Below are positions 25,801-35,500 of a DNA stretch of 64,000 nt, one piece after another; the first letter of the stretch is position 1; every line of letters begins with the position of its first letter. The stretch spans positions 5,766,001-5,830,000 of the forward strand of contig OZ116703.1 of assembly GCA_964199315.1 (NCBI GenBank), in the 5' to 3' direction. The stretch comes from Orbicella franksi. Lineage: Eukaryota. A program made the translations under genes and the position numbers. The notes under the pieces are model-generated. The model was not told the DNA's origin, ran no database searches, and was given only the letters and a program-made list of their open reading frames with translations.

Positions 25801-28800
25801 GCCACAAAATTCTGGCTGTATTGTCGGGGTAGCCCTATTAAAGAGGTCCTTTAAATAAGAAAATTCATGACTGACCGAGCTTTTGTTCAGGCCAGAATAA
25901 AGTGGCCGTAATAACAAGGTGGATGTATTAATAGGTTGGCCGTAAGGCGGGGTTCTTCTGTATCACAATCATATTTTAGTTGTTACCAGGAAGTCAAAAA
26001 TGATTAAACATGTGGTAACCAAATTAGAATCTTGAATTTACTCTATTGCCATCAAACTGTGCCTAAAAATACAAGTAGGATTATTTCCAGCTACTGCAGA
26101 TTATTTCCACTCACTATAGAAGAACTGGACACCACAAGAACTCTGCCTAAACTTGTTTGAATCAACAAAAAAGTCCACTTTAACAGTGACCTTGACTTCA
26201 CCACGGATACCTGAAATTAGAACAAAACATCAGTTAACTATTAATATAACTTGCAAAATTGATGATAAAAACTTGCCTGACGGCTTAATAAAAGCTTGGG
26301 TGGTGAGCATGGTATAATAAGAACTGCCCAAAGGTGAAAAGAGACAGTAAATTCATTTGAAAAATTTAACCTAGATTGAAAAAAAAATTAACCTAGGTTG
26401 AAAACATAGTCATCTAAAATACATTTTAAACAGGAACCAGGCTTTTAGCCAGATGCCACTTATTAAAGAAAATTGTTTTATTTTTCATATGTTGCCCAGG
26501 GCTTATAAATTGTTCATTTGAGCAGACCCTATTGCACATTTTGGACAGCCACTTTTCAAATCCTGGCTAAAAGCCTGACAGGAACACAAAATTAATGACC
26601 TGGGTTAGGCAATTTTATGCAGTCTCGAAACTTGTTTCATTCCAAAACCTTTATATGTAGTTTTTACAATAAATTATTTCTTAACATACCATGCATTGTA
26701 TCATATATTGGAAACCATCCATCAATACTTCCAGGAGGATCTTGTGTCAGAAGAGGACCTAAACTAATGTTTACCTAGGAAATAATAACTACTTTAACCG
26801 AGAGTGAGGTCTTTACAGGAAAATCTCAAACCAAGATCTTGCCGTATTGACCGAGTGATAGCAAGGTCAATGTGGGAAGGCTGAGGTTTGAGATTTTCCC
26901 GTAAGGACTGAATGTTCGAGGTTAACAAGTTGTTTATTAAATATATTTTGGCTTTTTGCTTTGCTTTTGCACCCTGTAATTGGCCCATGGGCATTACGGG
27001 AGAATAATGCCCTAGAATTAGCCAATCAGAGCATGTGTTATATCAGCTACAAACGCAAGCCATATATCACAACATCATCTAAATCTATAGCATTATAGAG
27101 AAGCTCTTTGTACACATTGCAGACCTATGATGCTAAGTAATAACATGTCTTGATTAGATGTTTTTTCATTATTGCCCAGAAATCAATAAAAAATTTGACT
27201 TCCAGCAAGCATCAAAATTTAATTGCAGCTACCTAAGGAAAGTATAGCCAGCGAAACAGACGGATTTCTGAGAACAGACAACAAAAGCTAGAAATCGACC
27301 TGTGCTTGCATGCTAAGGAAGGAAGTGTCTTCAAGGCAACATCAAGGGTCCATCAAAAATACTACGGCATAGCAGGTGTTACAGGTTATGGCTGGTATTG
27401 ACAGCCCTGGTTTGTTTTTCCATAATCTTACCTTTCCAATAGCATCATGGGCTGTCACAGTGTCATAGTCCATAATTCTATTAATGATCAAACAAAAGAA
27501 CAAAATCTGTAAGTGGTGAGGGGCCAGAATGTCTATCAGAATAATTTGAAATATCTGACTTTTAGCCAAAGGTGAATTAAATTTTAAAAAAAGAATGACT
27601 AGAACTTTATAAAACTCCATTCATGGATGATGTAGGATATGTGAAGGTTTGTGGAATTTTACCTGATCTGTAGTGGTTCATCTTGGAGTTCCTCATCATC
27701 AGCCTGGCAAAGAAAATCAAGATATATGCAAACGTACCATAATTATAGTTATGGTATCCTTTGTTTAAACTCGATGAATTATTAATGACTTTGAGAAGGT
27801 TATATTAATATTAATTCATAAATCATACCTCAAACCTGAACCATTCAGAGTTCCAGAGAGGATTAAGTGATTTCTTGCATACATCTGTCTTGTATAATAC
27901 ATTACCAAGTCGAACCTGACAAAATCATTGAGCAGATTAAAAAACTGGCAGGAAATGAAATATATTTCACATGAATAGAAGAGCTGCAAGGAGCAATAAC
28001 TAAGTAACATCAAATAATTTATACACTCAGGCTTGGAATCACATGTACATTTAAAAGCTTAATATATAGATTTAGCCAAGCCTAAAAGCAGAGTTCCTGG
28101 GCCAGGTTGTTCAAAGCCTGATTAAGCTAACCTAGGATAAGCAACAATTTTCAATTGAGTCTTGTAACTTTGTGGTGAGGTTTTCTATATTTGTTTGCTC
28201 TTCTGTTTTGAGTTTGAAGAATTTCAAAATACACAAAACAAAAGTAGTGAAAAACATTTGCCTACAAGAAAAATTTATACTTCTTAACTTTTAATCCTGA
28301 GTTAGCATTAACTGGCTTCCGAACAACCCGACCCTGTTAACAACAAGTCAACCTGACATGAGCCTGTGATCCAATCAAAACCCAGCACTTGGTCAGCAGT
28401 CAACTTCAGAAAACCATGTGACCTTGATTAGCTCTAAAATTGAGCCCATGATATGGTCATGTGATACTGGTCAGTGAATACCTTGTTTTGACAGGTGTCA
28501 ATTGACTATAACATGGACGTAAGGAAGTTATAAACCAAGGCTCTTTCAACCTATTTGCTGGAGTATGGCTGCCAAGTTGGGCAGCTCTGCCATCACTGTT
28601 ATACATGAGCAATACCCCTAGCCATGATAACCATGAGAAAATCAATTCATGGGTTTTCTTTTCTTGACTATAAAAGTATGGTCAGTATGGGGCTCCGTTT
28701 GGCGGCCCGAAACTGAGCTCCACTAAAAATAAAAGGCCATGTCCTAAGCACTGCAAACAGGTCATCAAAACAAACCGAGACATAAAGAGGGGGTAAAAAT

Positions 28801-29217
28801 TCATTCCTTTATGATGTACATTTATATTATCCATAATGCATACACTTAAAGCGCCAGACATGCTTCAGCCATTTCATAAGCCCTTGTTTTCTAACAATTC
28901 AGTTCTTTATTTACCCTATAAAGGGCATTCACACACATTTTATACAGTAAAGTAATGAAAATAGTAAAATATTGAGAGATATGAAGCCGTAAAGAAATAA
29001 AATTCATATAGGACGGTGACCAAAGTAGCAAGAGCTTTCTGGTTAGCGCTCGCTATAGTCAAATAAATGGCAGCATAAAAAATTAATAATAACAAAACAA
29101 AAACCACAATGTTTATAAATTTCTGACCTCTGCAAAAGCATCCGCCAAGTCACTTGAGCGATCCATGACAGGAAGATCTCGAGCAGCCACAATCCGTACT
29201 TTAATCTTTGCTGGCAT
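10844..29217 (-). CDS. C2CD5: C2 domain-containing protein 5 (C2CD5/KIAA0528), 33 coding exons, about 1091 aa
   Basis: Exons traced with GT-AG and consistent phases: 29128-29217, 27829-27915, 27663-27703, 27432-27477, 26690-26774, 26115-26210, 25247-25402, 24696-24756, 24057-24236, 23626-23747, 22582-22709, 22095-22203, 21149-21263, 20401-20498, 20022-20118, 19735-19857, 19186-19275, 18557-18614, 18187-18240, 17703-17777, 17332-17394, 16963-17073, 15992-16129, 15516-15576, 15158-15219, 14825-14914, 14306-14395, 14100-14190, 13244-13357, 12823-12872, 11774-11893, 11522-11668, 10844-11071 (3276 nt). Peptides MPAKIKVRIVAARDLPVMDRSSDLADAF, GFVEELVVNDDPEYQWIDKIRTPR, YRQCFDLEGE, DEPETRDAWW and GQCLLNISGDAV match C2CD5 in order. 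Confidence 0.95.
11928..12220. mobile_element. Non-autonomous element with long inverted repeats containing a tRNA-like module, flanked by 10-bp direct repeats
   Basis: Inverted arms 11953-12027 and 12146-12220; tRNA-like A box AGCTCAGTGGTTAGAGC and B box GGTTCAAATCC at about 12120-12172; AGATATCTGA at 11918-11927 and 12221-12230. Confidence 0.7.
12412..12722. mobile_element. Retroelement remnant, Penelope-like terminal sequence
   Basis: Flanked by ATAATAGAAAC at 12401-12411 and 12712-12722 (11-bp TSD-like). Motif gtggtcgtccgagtgagggtagt...gactgacgtttc...agcggaagtcatcttcagagtc resembles Penelope-like termini from recall; a short related fragment lies at about 41940-41985. Confidence 0.55.
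13579..13660. repeat. Near-perfect hairpin, part of a larger interspersed repeat (about 13380-13690)
   Basis: TACCATGGAATATCCCAC...CACTTGTATTTTCTTGGT-gt-ACCGAGAAAATACAAGTG...GTGGGATATTCCATGGTA. Confidence 0.75.
16350..16825 (+). mobile_element. 5'-truncated CR1/L2-type LINE with decayed ORF2 C-terminus
   Basis: From 16456 it translates DYLTLSVPFSRTESSKNSYFIWV*RSWNELLLNIRESNTLSVFRKKLF, matching the SxF...WNxLP..IR.S.TL..FK C-terminal signature of CR1-clade ORF2; (ATTAAAG)3 tail at 16805-16825. 5' boundary approximate. Confidence 0.7.
19387..19605 (-). mobile_element. SINE family A, 5'-partial
   Basis: Minus strand reads ...gttcgagtcctggccagggg..gtgttcttgggaaagacactttaccctcac...ctgcgatggactaacatccc...gcttcatgttatgcaaactgg. 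Confidence 0.7.
20551..20899. mobile_element. MITE with TGCAGGGTTGCCA terminal inverted repeats and internal (TTCCCTGAC)n words
   Basis: TGCAGGGTTGCCA at 20551-20563 and TGGCAACCCTGCA at 20887-20899; no clear TSD seen. Confidence 0.75.
25442..25750 (+). mobile_element. Full-length SINE family B
   Basis: GGAGGCAGTGTGGCCAAATGGTTTAGGGC head and (ATTTCC)n tail; colinear with 3650-3962. Confidence 0.85.
26438..26577. mobile_element. 140-bp hAT-type MITE
   Basis: 15-bp TIR CAGGCTTTTAGCCAG / CTGGCTAAAAGCCTG and perfect 8-bp TSD ACAGGAAC (26430-26437 and 26578-26585); 8-bp TSDs are typical of hAT. Confidence 0.85.
26790..27065. repeat. Interspersed repeat with internal inverted repeat
   Basis: GGAAAATCTCAAACC at about 26818 versus GGTTTGAGATTTTCC at about 26885; boundaries approximate. 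Confidence 0.45.
28097..28336. mobile_element. MITE-like element (gggccaggttgttc...gaacaacccgaccc)
   Basis: Imperfect terminal inverted repeats; termini related to 30632-30782. Confidence 0.5.
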
Positions 29218-29586
29218 TTTTTTGAGAACACTGCACTGTACTGTTGTGTAAAATGTCAGATAATGATGAATTAATTAAAGGTTTTCACTTTGCAGACACC
29301 CCAACGCAGATCTTTTTCGGGCGCCACCTTTCTTGCAAAGCTACCAGAGCTTCAGTTAATATCATTGTTGCTTCTAGTTTACCAAATCTTGCACTTTCAA
29401 GGTTCTAAGGGCAGAAAGTCGCACTTCAATACAGCTGCAATAATTCGCGTCTGCCTCTCAAAATACACCAGGCGTTACAACTTCCCAGAAGTCCTTGTAA
29501 CCTAAGCACGTGTCGCTCCGCTGTAGTGGCCGCCATCTTGTTTTCGTTCAGCGTAGTAGTTTCCTCTCCGCGATAAATTTGACATT
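29218..29586. promoter_or_regulatory. Bidirectional promoter and 5'-UTR region shared by C2CD5 and CPSF6, with a YY1-type motif
   Basis: Divergent ATGs at 29217 (-) and 29587 (+); GCCGCCATCTTG at 29529-29540 matches the YY1 consensus; CpG-rich relative to flanking introns. Confidence 0.75.
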
Positions 29587-32500
29587 ATGGCTGGCGAAGG
29601 AGGCGTTGATATCGATTTGTACGCCACAGTGGATGAATTTGAGCCAGAGGTTGCTGGTCAGGTAAGATTTAGGGAAGGTTTCTCGCGTGGAGTTCTAAAA
29701 CGTGCACTAACTGAAAACGATAGAACACGCTGATCAAACGTCACTAGATAGGTTTGCGACATTAATCTCATATGCATGCATATTAGTTTGTCGTGTAAAT
29801 ACTTCTGTGAAGAGTACACGAGGAAGGCCATAATGTGTATTCTTTCGCAGGGTCCTTTAATTCAAAAATTATTATATTTAGGCTTTTTCCTGACCTCGTC
29901 GAAACATCAGCGTCACTGTTTGAGCTCACATACACAGAATTTTACCAAGCTTTATACGTTTAGCTTACAGCTAACGGTAGTACGTCATTTTAACTGAAAA
30001 GGCATGCTTTTTGATGTTGTCTTACCCAACGTCCACATTGAAAAGGTAATAAAAGCCAATAGGTTTCTTCACGAACTCAGAGTCTCGAGAAGATAGTTTT
30101 CGAAACTGCTCAGTGGTCTGAAATGGAAAGTCTGCAACCATTATATTACCCTTTCATCGTGGCCTCTCCATTTCTGGCAGCCATTTTATACATACAGCTT
30201 TACGTCGGTGATCTAGCTCTGACTGTTGCCTAAGCATTCCAAGAACTGGAGTTTGACCCAAACTAGATAGTCCAGGTCTCATAAAATGTCCAGAAATCCC
30301 AGAGAACTGTGAGTAGAGAAGTTCACAGTTCAGCAGTTGTGCATCATTATTTCCCCTGTACAATAGTTTGGAGACAAATACTCTGCTTTCTTTTTTAACG
30401 AAACTGAAGCAGTCTTGAAATTGTATTACTGTGGATGGAACCTTATTTTTTTAATTACATCCTTTTGAAAGTTACAGGTAATTAACCTAGCACATATGAA
30501 CCATTTTTTGTTAGCATCATATGACTGAAGGTTTGGACTTGTATGATGATGTGCTTACCACTTCAGGGCCGGTGGAAGATGAGGCATTGCAGTCACATGT
30601 ATGTATAAGGGATTTTGAAAAATTTACAACTCTGGCCTCAGTTGTTCAAAAAGTGCATAACGCTACCCACAGGAAAAATCACTATCCAGTGGATAACTGT
30701 TGACAAAACAAACCACGCTATCCACCAGATAGTGATTTATCCTGTGGATAGCATTACACACCTTTCAAACAATCCAGGCCTGTAGTATGTGTAAGACATC
30801 TACCTTCTAACATTGTCCTATGTTTTTGTTGTTGGCTTTCCTGGTTAGGTTTTATTTTCTATTCAAATTGTGTGCAGAAATGTTTATTAACATCACAACA
30901 AGCATAATTTTCAGTTTCTAACAAGAGAAAACATCCACAGGCACAGATTAAAATTCAGTCCTCTCCACACAGTCATTATCAGTTTCATGTCTGAATGTCA
31001 AAAACCAGTGTTCCAGAGAAAAGAGAGGTAGACCTTGGGTCAAAAACCTGACAAGGTCTGTGACCTGACTCAACAAAATTGATAGAATACCACTGAAGAT
31101 TTGATGAACCTTATCTCTATTAACCTGTTGGAATTTCTTACTTGCACCTTGCCATGAAAACATAACTGGAAGCCTGAAAATTGGTAACATGAGATGCTAT
31201 TTTTGTTATTTGGGTTGACCAGAATAGTTGAACCTGGTGTTGAAGTGGTTATGAGAAAAATTGCCCTCACTCATGGCGGTGACTGTAACGGCTGGCATCC
31301 AGCACAGTTCATGTTGACTTCTCAATTATAAAAGGTTCTTTCCTGAAAAAAGACAGAGCTTTTCTTAAAAATATTTTCTTCCTGTTATCAATCATTTCTT
31401 TTCATTGTGGTCCCTTCCCCCTCCCCCACCCCCCGCTCCGCAACAACAAACTAATACTCTCTAGTCAAAAACCTGAATCTCGTTTTGGTTGATTTTGAAT
31501 TTGAATCAAATGCAAAGATTTGCTAAACTTAATGAACAATCAAAACTCCAGGTCTGATGCCAATCTTAACTGTTAATAATTCACTACATTTTAGTATGAA
31601 GAGGATGTCACTGGTGTCATTCCACCAGATGCAGTCCAACCAGGTAAAATATCACATTACTGTAGGGAATCAATCTGAGATCACAACTGCTTGGTATAAT
31701 ATTATTGATCAGATAATAAATTGGCATTTCAAAGTAATGGTTTGTCCTGCAGATGAGTACGTTAATTGTTTCCTAACATCTAGTTGCATTATCAGCAAAA
31801 CTCTTCCCCTGTAACTTTTGTTCTACAGCACAGTCTTTCTATGTAATATTGTATTTAAGAAATTAAAAAACCATGTACTATGTTTCTGTTGAGTTAGAAA
31901 CACAAGTGGAAGTTTGGGAGAACGAGAAATGCTGTGGGAACAGGGACTGGCGGGCGAGTGTTAGCACACCCTTTTTGAGTTCTCCCAAACTATAACTCAA
32001 TAGAAACAAAAACATGTTTTCTTTTTTTTTTTTTTAGAAAATTCCACAACAAAACAAAGGAAACAACTTGTTTTCTTTGGTTGTCAAAATATAAATTCTC
32101 TTCGCTCATGCCATCATTATCTCTTTGCTCGTGCCATCATTACGTCAATAACTCTTGCTAGTTGTGTTTCTATCAAGTTATTTAAACACAATTTTAAACC
32201 AACCAGTGTGCATATTTTCTTTTGGGCTATTTTTGAAACATGATACAAATGTCTTTTTGTCAGGAGCATATGAATACAAATCTTATACAACAGTCCATCC
32301 TAAATCTGTGGCTGCACGATCTACACACACCTACTATGAAAGGAACAAAGGAAAGCCCCTTTACGTCGGCAACTTGACTTGGGTAGGTCTGAGTTTTGAT
32401 TCTTGCTGGCATACTGTTGTTATTAAGACATGATCAGTCATCAAAGTCATTCACTCAACTTAAGCAGGTGTGGAATAAAAGCCTGAAAAAATTTCAGTCT

Positions 32501-35500
32501 TCCTTCTGTTATGTAACAAGTGTTGAATTGGACTGCCTTGAAGAACTTTACAAATTTTTCAATGTTACTAAACAGAATAGTGATGATTTGACCAAAAATC
32601 AAGAAATACTACTCTGCAAGAAGCATATCACAGTCATTGTCATCATTGTCGCCATCATCATACTCATGATCAACAACATAAATGTTTTGTTGATATTGTC
32701 AATACTTGTCACAAAATGGGTTGCATAGGGCCTCACAAAGCTGCCAGAGCTGTAACAGCTGAGGGCTAAGGAATTTTAGCCTTCCTGTAAAATCACTGAC
32801 TGTAAGACAAAGTATTATTTTCCTTTCTTGTTTAGTGGACAAATGATCAAGAGCTGACAGAATTCTTGCAAGAGTGTGGTGTAACAGATCTGATAAATAT
32901 CAAGTTTTTTGAAAACAGAACCAATGGGCAATCTAAAGGGTGAGTTGGAATCACTTCAAGGTAGCTTTTATTCTAACTTGTACAGATTGTCATTAAATTT
33001 TGTTCTAGTTGAATTCAGTAGTACATAATGTAACAGCTTTTTAATATTTTTATGATGTCGTAGCCTATCAGTAGACAATTTCGCATGTTGACTTTTTGAT
33101 TTTCATTGCTCTGACAGAGATTAGATGTTGGACATTTTACAATTCTTTCCTAATCCTTGACAATCATCATTGTATATTCTTCTTTTTCTTTTTGATTTTC
33201 GCTACCATTTTAACTTTTAATTTTTTGTGAGGGCTACTTCCAATAACTGATTCAAAAACCGGGTTGGTTCCAAAATTTCCTAAAGTTAACAGCATATCCC
33301 ACATGACCCCTTCCAGACTTTACTTAGGTAAGTTTGAAAGACTTGATCTGGTGTGCCAAGAATTTTCCTTTATCTCCTTTTTCACAATGACATCATCTGC
33401 AAAAGCAGTTTGATAATACCATTACAATTTACAGCAGACATCAACAGATATTGTGACTGTCAAATCCATAAAGAAGGTGAATACAATTCCAAATAGTTGA
33501 CATTGTTATTGTCATGAACTCTGGACTGCTACCAAAGTAATCTCTTGGGTTGGGCTATTTTCCTGGGTGAATATTAAAGTGTTCTGCAGCCATTTTATGT
33601 GGGTTATTTTTGTAGTTTTTAAATGCCTCCTTTTTCATACTGCCAACCAAATATGCTTTGTTGGGTAGATTTTAAAAAGGTTCTGCAGCCAGATCTGTAC
33701 TCTGCAGGCAACATTTCCAAGCAATCACCTTCGATTGTTTACTGACTCTGTGTTACCTATACTCACAGCTCTTTCTGCTATTGAGTGACAATGGATAGCA
33801 GTGGGTTCTGGGCACGGGATGCAAGGAAGAATACAACAAACTTACAACAAAGAAATCTGTTAAACAACAGAGAAAAAAATCTCATTTGTGTTTGGTCGAT
33901 CTTTGTCAAAAAAAGTGTCTCGTGCAAATTTTGTAAGAAAGAAAAATATTTTGTGAAACATTTTGTAAAAGGAGACAGAAAAATATTACAGATAACTCTG
34001 TACCATAGTAAAACAATCACAAGAAAAATGAAAATAAATATTTTATTGCCCTTTATTTAAACAATAACTTTAATACAGAATTTGTAAAAATCTTTAAATT
34101 AAACTCAACTGTATTTTTGTTTATTTTGTACAGTAGAATGTTGTATATACTGGATAAATATTTAATTGAGATTAAATTATAGTAATTTATAAAAATATTT
34201 ATAACTAACTTGTTGAAAAGAAAGATACTATTGTATAGGCAGACTACTATTGTAAGTTATAGCATTATGTTTGACAGACAGTTTCCTGAGAACCAGAAAC
34301 TCTGGGCAGATGGAATTATATTTGGAAAGTGTATTGTAAATGTGTAGCTAGTGTTCTGATAAGAGATGAAACTGCTATTGTAAATAACTTGGCAACATTG
34401 TTCTCACATTATTTATTCAATGGTGAAAAATGGGCCTTCCATCCTTAAATTCTACTGTACGTAGGTTTCTCTCAACCATTTAAGATGCAACCAAAAAGGT
34501 TCCGCAAAAGTCAGTGCTCAGGCAGAAAGCAAGAACACTAATTAATTTGCAAAATTTTGTACAATTAAAAACATGCATCTTGTTATCTGCAATTTGTATG
34601 GGTAATCACATGATTACAAGTGCAATTTGGAATAATTAAGCACTAGTGAATTTTTTAAAGGCTAACAAAGTTGCATGAGCCTTGGCCAATTTACAAATAG
34701 TATTTGAAAAATTTACTAGTGCTTATTTATTCCAAATTGCAAGAGAATAATCGTATGATTATTTGTTAATAATGCACTTCAAACAAGATTATCTACACAT
34801 TGTTTCCTCAGTCAGGCAATGTGCATGGTATTCTCATACCTTTGAACATTTCTGAAAATATTTGCAAAACTTCCAAAAATGTTTGAAAGCCTTCAGCAAG
34901 CTTCAGATGATCTTCAGCACTCTTCAGAAATCATCGCAACTCTTCGCCAATCTTTGGAGATCTTTGGAAGGGTTAAGGTGATTGTGAGAGATGTTTGGGT
35001 GATATTTGTTGACATTCAGAAGGGTTCAGGTAATCCTAGGAAGTGCTCAGAGAGCAGCTAATTGTCTTTGTCTATCTTTGGAAGGCCTCTGGTGAACTTT
35101 GACCACCTTCAAAAAATGTAGGATGAGCATCGGTAGTCTTAGAGTGTCTCTGTATTAACTTCGGATATCTTCATTGTAATTTGCACTCTTGTTTCAAATT
35201 TGCACTGGTGTTACATGAAAACTGCACCCCTTTTTAGCCAATCAGAATCGAGCAATTTCTTCAAGTGCATTATTAAATTTGTAATGCACCAAGGTGTGAT
35301 TCATACATGTGCATGAAAATTGCATGTATGGATGTAAGAGGTGTTGCTGTAAGTACATGCAATTTACAGTCCTTGCAATGTTATATAAATGCAAAAGAAT
35401 GACAGCTTCAGTACTTGCAGGGTAAAAATCCAGCAACCTTTCTTAATCTGTGGCAGATGGCAACCTGTGGGTTGGTTTTCTTTGCAGTTTCACCTGGCCT

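Noticed and set aside
33052-33114. Box C/D snoRNA candidate (ATGATGT ... CTGA)
   Set aside because: Imperfect box C, no terminal stem, no recognisable guide.
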